From positions 1 through 57,529 of the forward strand of contig CAVHDO010000002.1 in the NCBI GenBank assembly GCA_963634795.1: a stretch of 57,529 bases of DNA, in the 5' to 3' direction. The stretch comes from Oscillospiraceae bacterium (GTDB lineage Bacteria > Bacillota > Negativicutes > Veillonellales > Dialisteraceae). Numbering within the stretch: position 1 is the stretch's first letter; each line of letters opens with the position of its first letter. The notes beneath the pieces are model-generated. The model was not told the origin of the DNA, did no database searches, and saw nothing but the letters and a program-made list of their open reading frames with translations. The translations under genes were made by a program, and so were the position numbers. This document shows positions 10,397 to 19,700 of the stretch, one piece after another.

Positions 10397-12784
10397 TTAT
10401 GATTTTATATTTCTCATCATGTCTTCGATGAGGCGATTGGCTTCCCGGACGGCGCAGATGGCGTCTTTCGCGTAGGAGTCGGCGCCGATTTTTTCGGCGT
10501 ATTCGGGTGTGACGACGGCGCCGCCGGTCATGATGGGAATGTCGGGATATTTTTCTTTCAAAAGTTTCACGGCGGTTTCCATTTCAGGAAGCGTCGTCGT
10601 CATGAGGGAGCAGAGGCCGATGATGTCCGGTTTCTCCGTCTCCGCGCTGGTTAAAAGCGCCGCGGGATCGACGTCTTTGCCGAGATCCGTCACTTGGTAG
10701 CCGCTGTTTTCCAAGAGGGCGGCGACGATATTTTTGCCGAGGTCGTGAATGTCGCCCTTGACGGTGCAGATGGTGAAATGGCCTTTCGGCGCGGCGGCGA
10801 GGTCGGGAAGAAGCGTCTTGAGCTTCGCGGAGGCGGCTTGCATGGCTTCGGCGGCCATCATGACTTGCGGGAGGAAATAACGTCCCTCTCCGTAACCGTC
10901 GCCGACGGCGGTCATCGCTGCGGTGAGGCCGTCCTTGATGATGGTCTCGGTCGAGAGTCCTTCGTCGACGGCGGTCTGTATCAGGGAGACGGCTTCTTCC
11001 TTTTCGCCGCGCATCACGGTCTCACGGATTTTTTCAATGGTGGAAACGGGCGCCGCGGACGCTGTTTCCTTCGTTTCCGTTGTTTCCGTCGCGGCGGCGA
11101 ATGAAATGAAATTTTTGGCACCTTCGTCGTAGCCCAAGAGGAGGCGGCCGCAGGCGAAGGCTTTTTGGATGTCTTCGTCCAGCGGATTCACGATGGGGGC
11201 GTCCATGCCGCACGCGAAGGCCATGGTGAGGAAGGCGGCGTTGATTTGCGGGCGCGCGGGGAGGCCGAAGGAAACATTGCTCGTGCCCATGACGGTCGCC
11301 ATGCCGAATTCTTCGCGATAACGCTTGAGAGTGAGGAGTGTCTCGCGCGCGGCGGCGGCGTCGGAAGCGGTCGTGAGGACGAGGGGATCGAGCAGCAAAT
11401 CTTCGCGGCGAAGGCCGTGGGAAAAGGCGACGTCCAAAATGCGGCGCATGATCTCGATGCGTTCGTTGGCGGTTTTCGGGAGGCCTTTTTCTGAAATCGG
11501 TAGGCAGAGGACGGCGGCGCCGTATTTTTTTGCGAGCGGGAACACGGCGGCCATGAGTTCGTCTTTCGCGCTGACGGAATTGATCAGGGCGCGGCCGGGG
11601 TAGACTTTAAGCGCGCGCTCGATGACGGCCGGGTCGACGGAATCGATGGAAAGGGGCGTCGGGCAGAGCATGGAGAGCTCGGAGACGACGGTTTCCATCG
11701 CGGCGGCTTGGTCAATGCCGGGCGCGCCCATATTGACGTCGAGCATATCGGCGCCGGCGGATTCCTGGAGAATCGCTTCTTTTTTGACGGAAAGGAAATT
11801 TCCCGCTTGCAGGTCTTCGCGCATTTTCTTGCGGCCTGTGGGATTGATGCGTTCGCCGATTTTGACGGGCGGGTATTCGTTTCCGACAAACACGGTGCGG
11901 GTGCGCGAGGTAAAAGCGGTGAAAGGGGAAACGGGCGCGCAGGGCGTTTCCGGAATTTTTTCCGCGGCCTCTTTGATGGCGCGGATGTGCGCGGGCGTCG
12001 TGCCGCAGCAGCCGCCGGTATAGGTCACGCCGGCTTCGGCGAGGCGCGGGACGTAGGCGGCCATGTCTTCGGGCGTGAGCGGGAAGTGCGTCTCGCCGTT
12101 TTCCAAGACGGGAATGCCGGCATTGGGCTGGATGATGATGGGTTTGTTCGTGACGGCGGCCATTTTTTGCGCGACGAGAAGGAGCTCGGCGGGGCCGGTG
12201 GAGCAATTCGCGCCGATGACGTCCGCGCCCATGGCGTCCAACAGAATGGCGGCGGCCGCAGGATCGGTGCCGGTGATGGTGCGCCCGTCTTCGGCAAAGG
12301 ACATTTGGCAAATGACGGGCAGGCGGCACGCGGCTTTGGCAGCGGTCAGGGCGGCGCGCATTTCCGCAATGTCAATCACGGTCTCGACGATGAGGCAATC
12401 GGCGCCGGCGTCGGCCAAGGCTTTCGCCAGCCGATAGAAACCGGACGCGGCTTCGTCGAAAGAAAGCCCGCCGAGCGGCCGGATGAATTGCCCGGTGGGT
12501 CCGATGTCTCCGGCGACGCGGATGCGGGTCGAGGCGGCGCGCGCATGGGAAACGGCGGCCGCGGCAATCTCTTCGACTTTGTCTTCGAGTCCGTATTCGG
12601 ACAATTTCAGCGGCGTCGAGCCGAAAGTATTCGTCGTAATGAAATCGGCGCCGGCCGCGGCGTATTCGGCATGAATGGCGCGGACAATCTCTGGATGGGA
12701 GAGATTGATCGTATCCGGGCAGGTACCCTGCGGGATGCGGTAGTGTTGGAGCATGGTGCCCATGCCGCCGTCGAAAATGTACAT
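10397..12784 (-). CDS. metH: Cobalamin-dependent methionine synthase core (Hcy-binding, pterin-binding, B12-binding), lacking the AdoMet reactivation domain
   Basis: 795 aa. Sequence FDGGMGT.., GGCCGTTP (Hcy S-methyltransferase Zn site), a pterin-binding barrel, a B12 cap, and GDIHDLGKNIV (DxHxxG). The protein ends right after the Rossmann B12 domain. Confidence 0.93.
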   Translation of the reverse strand: MYIFDGGMGTMLQHYRIPQGTCPDTINLSHPEIVRAIHAEYAAAGADFITTNTFGSTPLKLSEYGLEDKVEEIAAAAVSHARAASTRIRVAGDIGPTGQFIRPLGGLSFDEAASGFYRLAKALADAGADCLIVETVIDIAEMRAALTAAKAACRLPVICQMSFAEDGRTITGTDPAAAAILLDAMGADVIGANCSTGPAELLLVAQKMAAVTNKPIIIQPNAGIPVLENGETHFPLTPEDMAAYVPRLAEAGVTYTGGCCGTTPAHIRAIKEAAEKIPETPCAPVSPFTAFTSRTRTVFVGNEYPPVKIGERINPTGRKKMREDLQAGNFLSVKKEAILQESAGADMLDVNMGAPGIDQAAAMETVVSELSMLCPTPLSIDSVDPAVIERALKVYPGRALINSVSAKDELMAAVFPLAKKYGAAVLCLPISEKGLPKTANERIEIMRRILDVAFSHGLRREDLLLDPLVLTTASDAAAARETLLTLKRYREEFGMATVMGTSNVSFGLPARPQINAAFLTMAFACGMDAPIVNPLDEDIQKAFACGRLLLGYDEGAKNFISFAAATETTETKETASAAPVSTIEKIRETVMRGEKEEAVSLIQTAVDEGLSTETIIKDGLTAAMTAVGDGYGEGRYFLPQVMMAAEAMQAASAKLKTLLPDLAAAPKGHFTICTVKGDIHDLGKNIVAALLENSGYQVTDLGKDVDPAALLTSAETEKPDIIGLCSLMTTTLPEMETAVKLLKEKYPDIPIMTGGAVVTPEYAEKIGADSYAKDAICAVREANRLIEDMMRNIKS

Positions 12785-12993
12785 GGAAATGGGTTCCTTT
12801 CTTTTTTATTTTTCTTTTTTTAGCGGTGCTTTTCTGGGTGCACCTTTCGGTGTGGATGGTTCCGCTTCGCGGAATGCGCCTGTCGGCGCCGGCCATTTTC
12901 GGTGAACTTCTTTTTGCATCTTTTGGCGCGGAGGATTTTGCTACGCAAAATGCGGCATACGCCGCGGGCTGTACGATTCTTTTGTACGGAACT

Positions 12994-13073
12994 CCTTACA
13001 GCTCTTCATTTCCTTTCTTTCCCGGGAAAGAAAGGAAACGAAGCAAAGGAAAGAAACCGCCGCCAGGGCAAAA
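12994..13073. repeat. Intergenic repeat module U (~80 bp) containing a perfect 28-bp palindrome
   Basis: ccttacagctcttcatttcctttctttcccgggaaagaaaggaaacgaagcaaaggaaagaaaccgccgccagggcaa. The palindrome ttcctttctttcccgggaaagaaaggaa lies at 13010..13037. A second copy is at 20198..20276 (~75-80% identity by eye). Confidence 0.8.
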
Positions 13074-13354
13074 TTCGCCGCCGCTCAGGGGCGCCGCCGC
13101 TTGGCCTTGCCAATGCTTACGTCACCGATACGCGAGACTGTTACATCCTGACGCATTCTTACCACGCAAGGCCACGAGACGCGTCGGCGCCCCTCGGCGC
13201 TCTGCTTTTCAGAAAATAACGGCGCGAGCCTCGGCGAATTTTGCACAGGCGGGCCTCCTTACAGCGAGCGTAGCTGTGTAACAAAAGTGTAAGCGAGAAA
13301 CTTTTCTGCTCACATAGAGGATTGCACAAACATCGCTTCGCTCGTTTGTGAGAG

Positions 13355-13392
13355 GTGTCGCCTATTGGCGACGATTTTTATAAAAATCGCGC
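13355..13392. repeat. Intergenic repeat module P (GC hairpin, then palindromic CGATTTTTATAAAAATCG core)
   Basis: gtgtcgcctattggcgacgatttttataaaaatcgcgc. Near-identical copy at 22720..22755. Partial copies at 20101..20119, 1870..1890 and 56752..56773 (AAAAATsCGCrCGGAGCrT). Confidence 0.8.
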
Positions 13393-13447
13393 GGAGCATC
13401 GATACTGAAACGCGCCAAAGGCGTATATAATAAAATGCGGCGAAGCC

Positions 13448-13592
13448 GCCACCGGTCAGCCCTCTTCAGGAAGAGGGTGGTCGTTAGGCCGGGTGATGGT
13501 CACTCTATGTGAGAAAAAAGTTTTTCAGCAGAAGTCGCCACCGGTCAGCCTTCCTTATTGGAGGAAGGTGGCGCGAAGCGCCGGATGATGGG
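13448..13592. repeat. Two copies of structured module Q (GCCACCGGTCAGCC-hairpin-GGTGG..GCCGGrTGATGG)
   Basis: Q1 at 13448..13499 has the inner hairpin ccctcttc/gaagaggg. Q2 at 13537..13592 has ccttcc/ggaagg. The conserved flanks with different but still self-complementary inner stems look like covariation. Confidence 0.7.
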
Positions 13593-13630
13593 ACGCCGAA
13601 GGCGCATATAAAAATGTCGCGTAGCGACAC

Positions 13631-13735
13631 CGCTTTCAAGCTCCCAGCTCCCAGCTCGCCGTTCCAAGCTGTCTTGCGTCTGATGAAAAAAGCCAATCGC
13701 GGTCTGACCTCTGACGTCTGACCATCTGACGTCTT
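13631..13735. repeat. Repeat modules R plus S (TCTGACsTCTGA word array)
   Basis: R copy at 13631..13696 (matches 1..53). S array ggtctgacctctgacgtctgaccatctgacgtctt at 13701..13735 (matches 56881..56923). The R-then-S order is the same at both loci. Confidence 0.75.
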
Positions 13736-13785
13736 AATCTTGTCTGCCGCAAAAAATTAAGCAGCACTTAAGTTAGGCTTTTCAT

Positions 13786-13923
13786 CTCTATTAGCAAAAA
13801 CTCTTTCATCACAAACGCCGCAAAGGGGAAGCACAAACCAAGCCTTGCCTCCCCTCTCTGTCAGCAGAAACTTTTTCATCACAAACGCCGCGAAGGAAAA
13901 GCAGAAATCAAGCCGGGCCTCCC
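13786..13923. repeat. Tandem duplication, 2 x ~69 bp
   Basis: Unit ctctrtyagcaraaac(t)ctttcatcacaaacgccgcraaggraagcasaaaycaagccnngcctccc, at 13786..13853 and 13854..13923. It directly abuts the stop codon of the gene at 13928. Confidence 0.8.
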
Positions 13924-13927
13924 TGTT

Positions 13928-14590
13928 TCATTCTCTAAACGCGCAAGAACGCAGGCTGCAATTTTGACAGGCATTTTTTTCCGGTTTCCCGGCGCAGGGC
14001 GTGAGGCCGATGACGGCGGTGACGGATTTTCTGGGATTGAGCATGAAATGATCCGTCACGCTGAGGCCGATGGTTTCGGTTTTGAGGAGGCGGCAGAAGT
14101 GTTTTTGATCTTCGATGGGCCAGTCACTGTAGCCGGGGCTGAAGCGCCAAGTGGTGTTGGCGCCGCGTTTCTTGGCTTGGGCTTTGAGATAAGTTTCCAA
14201 TTCGTCGGCGAGCTGCTCGGTGAGGGCGGTCGCGGCGGCGTCGAGGAGGAGGCCGCGCACGTAATAATTCTCACGAAAGCAGGCGTCGCTGGTCTCTTCG
14301 ATGTCGTTTCCCACCGTGACGGCGAGAGCGGCGACGGTGAAAGAATGTTTCAGATGATTTCGGATCGCGTTGCCACGCAAGGGGAACGCAGTGGGTCCCT
14401 CGCCCAAGAGTCCCGTCTCCGGATGATAGGGAAACAGCTGCCAGATGCCGCGCGGCGTGGCCAGCGTGCGCGCTTCGGCGGCTGCTTCTCGGATGGCTTT
14501 CTCGGGGAAAGTTTCCTTTCGCGGGATGCCCGCATAGCGCAACATTTCCTTTTCGTCGACGGCAAAGAGTGTGCCATGGTAAAGCGGCAT
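13928..14590 (-). CDS. Stand-alone B12-dependent methionine synthase activation (AdoMet-binding) domain protein
   Basis: Only the last 220 codons of ORF 13928..15124 are credible. ATG 14590 has an AAAGGAAA RBS. Sequence ..FSPGYSDWPIEDQKHFCRLL.. and LNPRKSVTAVIGL resemble the MetH C-terminal reactivation module. Confidence 0.82.
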   Translation of the reverse strand: MPLYHGTLFAVDEKEMLRYAGIPRKETFPEKAIREAAAEARTLATPRGIWQLFPYHPETGLLGEGPTAFPLRGNAIRNHLKHSFTVAALAVTVGNDIEETSDACFRENYYVRGLLLDAAATALTEQLADELETYLKAQAKKRGANTTWRFSPGYSDWPIEDQKHFCRLLKTETIGLSVTDHFMLNPRKSVTAVIGLTPCAGKPEKNACQNCSLRSCAFRE

Positions 14591-14734
14591 GAGATTTCCT
14601 TTCTTTCTAAAAATTTTACATACTATATCATCTGAAATACGGGCGGTCAAACAAAACGCGTTGATTTTTTCAATTTCGTCGATTTGTGGTAGAATGGGTT
14701 GCATTGATTCAATCGATTTTGATGGGAGGATACG

Positions 14735-15196
14735 ATGATTTTTGGGAAACTGGACGATTTGGAAACGTATGAGAAACAACTTCCGCGCGCGGTGTATGAG
14801 AGTCTTCTCAAAATGCGCGCTTTTGATTTTGCGGGGAAACCGGACGGGAAATACAAAATCGAGGGCGCGGGGACGATGTCGGTGGAGTCGCCGAGGACGG
14901 AACCTCTCGCGCTTCGGGAATGGGAAGGGCATCGCCGCTTTATCGATGTGGTTCTGCTCCTGTCCGGCGAAGAATGGATCGGCGGCTTGCCGCTCTCGGA
15001 TGCGGGGAAAATCACAGAAGCCTACGAGGAGCGGGATTTGTATTTCTTCGCGGGTCCGGCGGAGGAAACGAGTGTGCATATGCTGCCGGGACGTTTTTGC
15101 ATTTGCTTCCCGGAAGATTTGCATCGCCCGCTCTGCGAAGGAAAAATGGGCCCGGCGCCGATTCGGAAAGCGGTTTTGAAATTGCCGGTGTGGTGA
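14735..15196 (+). CDS. YhcH/YjgK/YiaL (EbgC-like, DUF386) family protein
   Basis: 153 aa. RBS GGGAGGA. Sequence MIFGKLDDL.., HRRFIDVVLLLSGEEWIG, and FFPEDLHRP-like C-terminus. A TGgTAGAAT extended -10 lies at 14685..14693. Confidence 0.8.
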   Translation: MIFGKLDDLETYEKQLPRAVYESLLKMRAFDFAGKPDGKYKIEGAGTMSVESPRTEPLALREWEGHRRFIDVVLLLSGEEWIGGLPLSDAGKITEAYEERDLYFFAGPAEETSVHMLPGRFCICFPEDLHRPLCEGKMGPAPIRKAVLKLPVW

Positions 15197-15202
15197 GGAA
15201 AC

Positions 15203-15355
15203 GGCTTGAAAAGGCTTGATTTTTCGGAAGACAACTTTTGGTTTCCTTCTGCGTGATTGGCTTTATATCTGTGGCTTGAGAAGGCTTGATGGGGAGCGCT
15301 TTTCCTTTCGCGGATTTTCTTTTTTTCGGCTTTGGCGGATGGCTTGAAAGGCTTG
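15203..15355. repeat. Three GGCTTGArAAGGCTTGA word dimers
   Basis: At 15203..15219, 15273..15289 and 15341..15355. They are the reverse complement of the tandem array at 15372..15440. Related dimers lie at 52991..53007 and 53059..53078. Confidence 0.8.
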
Positions 15356-15371
15356 TGCCGAAAATGACACA

Positions 15372-15440
15372 TTCAAGCCTTTCAAGCCTCTTCAAGCCTC
15401 TTCAAGCCTCTTCAAGCCTCTTCAAGCCTCTTCAAGCCTT
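15372..15440. repeat. Tandem repeat, 7 x 10 bp (TTCAAGCCTC)
   Basis: ttcaagcct ttcaagcctc x5 ttcaagcctt, read directly. Located 139 bp upstream of the RND adaptor gene. Confidence 0.95.
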
Positions 15441-15578
15441 TTGACACCGCGCGCCTCCTCGGCGTAATGACAACAAAATCTATAGATAAATTCATAGTAT
15501 ACTATTGAATTTTTCCGAAAAATTTGATAGTATATACCAATATACAAAAAATAAAAGAAATTTTTGGGAGGGAATCCT

Positions 15579-16751
15579 ATGAAATGTAAAAAATGGATGG
15601 TCGCATCGCTTTTGTGCGCGGCGCTGGGAGCTTCGTTTCTTGCGGGCGGCTGCGGGAAACAGAACGCGGGCGGCGCGCAGCAACAGGCGACCAAGGTGAC
15701 GACGACGAAGGCGTTTCGTTCGGATACGCCGATTGTGTATGAGTACACGGGCAACATCACGGCGATACAGGAAGTACCGATTCGCGCGCGTGTGTCGGGT
15801 CTGGTGGTGGAGAAATTCGTCACGGGCGGAGAGACGGTCGAGGCGGGGCAGCCGCTGTTCCGGATTGACACGCGGCAATATGAATCGGCGCTCGTCGCGG
15901 CGCAGGCGACGGAGGCGCAGGCCGGCGCGAATTATCAAAACGCGGCGGTGGATTTGGCGCGCTATGAGCAACTGATCGGTTCGGGCGCGGTTTCGCAGCA
16001 GGCGTATGACAATGCGGCGTCGGCGGCCAAGCAGCTGCAGGCGGCGTATGAGGCGGCCGGTGCGCAGACGAAAATCGCGGCGGACAATTTGGGCGATACG
16101 ATTGTGCGGGCGCCGTTTGCCGGGAAACTGTCGATGGACGATGTGAATATCGGGACGTACGCGACGGCGGGAAATACGGCGCTCGTCACGATTTCTTCGA
16201 CGAATCCCGTGTATGTCCAGTTTGATATGTCGGAAGCGGAATATTTGGAAATGGCGCGGAAGAATACGAATCGCGCCACGTGGGGTGAGAAGCTCAAGCT
16301 CCGCCTGTCCGACGGGAAATTGTACGGTGAGACGGGTCATGTGGTGCAGGTGAATCCGGGATTGTCCGGCGGGCGGATGTCGCTCAAGGCCGCGTTTGAA
16401 AATCCGCAGGGGCTCTTGATTCCCGGGATGTACGGCACGATCATTTCGGATGCGGAGACGGCTTCGGGCGTGCTCCTCGTCCCGACGCAGGCGATTATCC
16501 AGCTTTTGAATCGGAATCTGGTCGATGTGGTCGAGGATGGAAAGGTCGTGCAGAAATCGATTGAAATCGGCGGCACGTACGGAATTTATACGATTGTGAA
16601 ATCCGGGATCACGATGAATGATGCTATCATTGTCGAAGGCCAGGGCAAGGTCCGTGTCGGGCAGGCCGTGGCGCCGGAAGAAATGGAAAAGGAGGCTCTC
16701 GCGGCTAAGATTTCCGAACAGAACCAAGACAGTCATTCGACGGCAAAATAA
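15579..16751 (+). CDS. RND efflux periplasmic adaptor (membrane fusion protein)
   Basis: ORF 15564..16751. ATG 15579 follows GGGAGG. Lipobox-like LAGGCG, then a coiled-coil hairpin region and beta-barrel segments typical of the AcrA/HlyD_D23 family. Confidence 0.9.
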   Translation: MKCKKWMVASLLCAALGASFLAGGCGKQNAGGAQQQATKVTTTKAFRSDTPIVYEYTGNITAIQEVPIRARVSGLVVEKFVTGGETVEAGQPLFRIDTRQYESALVAAQATEAQAGANYQNAAVDLARYEQLIGSGAVSQQAYDNAASAAKQLQAAYEAAGAQTKIAADNLGDTIVRAPFAGKLSMDDVNIGTYATAGNTALVTISSTNPVYVQFDMSEAEYLEMARKNTNRATWGEKLKLRLSDGKLYGETGHVVQVNPGLSGGRMSLKAAFENPQGLLIPGMYGTIISDAETASGVLLVPTQAIIQLLNRNLVDVVEDGKVVQKSIEIGGTYGIYTIVKSGITMNDAIIVEGQGKVRVGQAVAPEEMEKEALAAKISEQNQDSHSTAK

Positions 16752-16760
16752 GGAGGGGCT

Positions 16761-19700
16761 ATGTCAAAATTCTTTATCAATCGCCCTGTCTTTGCCATCG
16801 TCATTGCGCTCGTCATTACGATTGCGGGGCTCCTCTGCATGACAATCCTGCCGGTCGACCGCTATCCGCAGATTACGCCGACGCAGGTCTCCGTCCGGGC
16901 GAATTATCCCGGCGCGGATTCCGAGGTCGTCGAGCAGACGGTCGCGCAGGTCATCGAGAAACAGGTCGTCAGCGTCGAAGGTTTCGATAATATGAATTCG
17001 ACATCCAATGCGGACGGCTCGTATTCGCTGAACGTCCAATTCTTGGCGGGCACGGATCAGGATATGGCGGCGGTGCGCGTGCAAAATGCGGTCGCGCAGG
17101 CGGATGCGTCGCTGCCGGATACGGTGCGCACGCTGGGCGTCACATCGCAGAAATCGTCGAATGATATCGCGATGGTTCTGGCAATCAAATCGCCGAATGG
17201 GACCTACGACAGCACGTTTCTGAAAAATTATTTCTCCATGAATTACGTCGACGAGCTGAAAAACATCAAGGGCGTCGGCACGGTGCAGGAATTCGGCGCC
17301 GATTACGCGATGCGCATTTGGCTCGATCCGACGAAAATGGCGCAGAACAATCTCACGGCGGCGGAGGTCTTGGCCGCGATCCAATCGCAGAATACGCAGG
17401 TCGCCGCCGGAAACGTGGGTTCGCGCCCGACGGATGCGGACACGTCGTTCCAATACACCATTTCCGTCCAAGGGCGTCTGGCGTCCGAAGAAGAATTCGG
17501 AAACATCGCTCTTCGCACGAATACGGACGGCTCCGTCCTGCGGATGCGCGATGTCGCCAAAATTCAGCTCGATTCCCGCGAATACAATTTCATCGGCCTG
17601 TCCGACGGCCTCGATTCCACGGGTGTCGGCATTTCGCTCACGACGGATGCGAACGCGATTGAGACGTTGGGCGCCATCAAAGCGAAGCTGGAAGAAGACG
17701 AGAAGACCTTCCCGGCCGATATGCAGCTCGATATCATCATCGACAACACCGATTTCATCATGGCGTCCATCAAAGAAGTGTTGCACACCTTCTTCGAAGC
17801 GTTGATTTTGGTCGCCGTCATCGTCTATCTCTTCTTGCAGAATTGGCGCTCCACGCTCATTCCGATGATTGCGGTTCCCGTTTCCTTGCTCGGGACATTC
17901 GCGTCCTTCGTCTTGCTCGACTTTACCATCAATACTTTGACACTCTTCGCCATGGTCTTGGCCATCGGGCTCGTCGTCGATGATGCCATCGTCGTCATTG
18001 AAGCCGTCGAGTACGAAATGCGGTACAACAACAAATCGCCGCGCGAAGCGACCGTCATCGCCATGGACAAAGTGCAGAGCCCGGTCATCGGCGTCGCGGC
18101 CGTCTTGGCAGCCGTTTTCATCCCCGTCGCTTTCCTGTCCGGCGTCATGGGGATTCTCTACCAGCAATTTGCGCTGACCATCGCGGTCTCCGTCTTGATT
18201 TCTGCTTTCGTCGCGTTGTCGCTCACGCCGACGCTCTGCGCCATGCTTTTGAAAGAAGAAAAAGACCACGCGGACAAGAGCGCGCTCGGGCGTTTCTTTG
18301 AAAAATTCAACGATTGGTTCGACCGCGTCATTGATTCCTACGGGCAAATTTTGACAAAGCTCGGGCAGAAAATCATCGTGCCGATTGGATTCTTGGTCGG
18401 TCTCACCGTCGTTTCCGGACTTCTTTTCATGAAACTCCCGACGGCCTTCATTCCGGCGGAAGACAACGGCTACTACCTCGTTTCCGTTTCTTTGCCTGAA
18501 GGTTCCACAGCGAATCGGACGAATAAGGAAATCAAGAAATACGTCGATTTCATCGGCTCGCAGCCCGGCGTCCTCCACACATTCGGCCTGACGGGCATGG
18601 ACGTCCTCTCCGGCGGCGTGAAGCCGAACGCGGGGACTTCCTTCATCCGTCTCGACCATTGGGACAATCGGAAAACGGCGGAAACATCCGTAAATACTTT
18701 CATCGGGAAATCTTTTGCTTACGGCGCGATGAATCCGAATGTGTCGCTCATCGCGATGAATCCGCCGCCCATTCCGGGGCTCGGCGCGTCCGGCGGCTTC
18801 ACGATTTACATCCAGAACAAAGCCGGCGCTTCGACGGAAGAACTCTACAACGTCGTGAATCAATTCTTGGCAGCGGCGAATCAGCGGCCGGAAATCGCGC
18901 AGGCCTACACCATGTTCCGCATGGATACGCCCGCGTACAATTTCGACATCGACCGTGACAAAGCGGCCAGAAGCGGCGTCAATGTCAGCGATATTTTCAC
19001 GGCGCTCCAGACTTATTACGGCGGCGTGCAAGTCAATGATTTCACGCTCTACGGCAGAAATTTCAAAGTCGTCGCGCAGGCGGACACTGATTATCGCATG
19101 AACGTCTTGGACAATAAATTCCTGACCGTGCGCGATGCGAGCGGAAACATGGTCCCGATCAGCAATTTCATCACGCCGAAGCAGACGAGCTCGGCTGCGG
19201 TCTTGACCCGTTTTAATAATTTCCCCGCCATCAAAGTCGGCGGCAGCAATGCGGACGGCTATTCCTCCGGCGACGCTCTGAACGCACTGGAAGAAGTGGC
19301 GAATGAAGTCCTTCCGACCGGCTACGCGTATGTCTTTGCGGAAACGTCGCAGCAGGAACGCGAAGCCGGAAACAAGACGGTCTACGCGCTGGCACTCGGG
19401 ATGCTCTTCGTCTTCCTGGCGCTCGCCGCGCTCTATGAAAGCTGGAAAGTTCCCTTCACGGTGCTCTTCGGCATTCCGACCGGTTTCTTCGGCGCGTGCC
19501 TCGCGGCTCTGCTCTGCGGCGTGTACAACGATATTTATTTCCAGATTGGTCTCCTCGTCATCATCGGCTTGGCGGCGAAGAACGCGATTCTCATTGTCGA
19601 GTACGCGAAAGTCCGTACCGATGCGGGCATGGACGCTCACCAGGCGGCCGTCGAAGCGGCCAGAATTCGTTTGCGTCCGATTCTGATGACATCGCTCGCC

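Noticed and set aside
12785-12990. SAM (S-box) or B12 riboswitch in the metH leader.
   Set aside because: I read the minus strand and found only short hairpins (cacc gaaa ggtg; ggtgc..gcacc). No S-box core (GAGGGA..GCAACC) or B12 box (GCCACTG) is present.
12826-13281. 151-aa ORF (and 12902..13219) in the metH upstream spacer.
   Set aside because: There is no RBS. The translation is Arg/Pro/Ala-rich junk running through repeat modules and a 28-bp palindrome. It is not credible as a gene.
14591-15124. N-terminal 178 codons of the 398-aa ORF 13928..15124.
   Set aside because: This upstream part is antisense to the well-supported yhcH-like gene and is compositionally junk. The real gene starts at ATG 14590, which has an RBS.
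15372-15440. Possible CRISPR array.
   Set aside because: The units are 10 bp, contiguous and have no spacers. No cas genes are present in the window. This is a simple tandem repeat.
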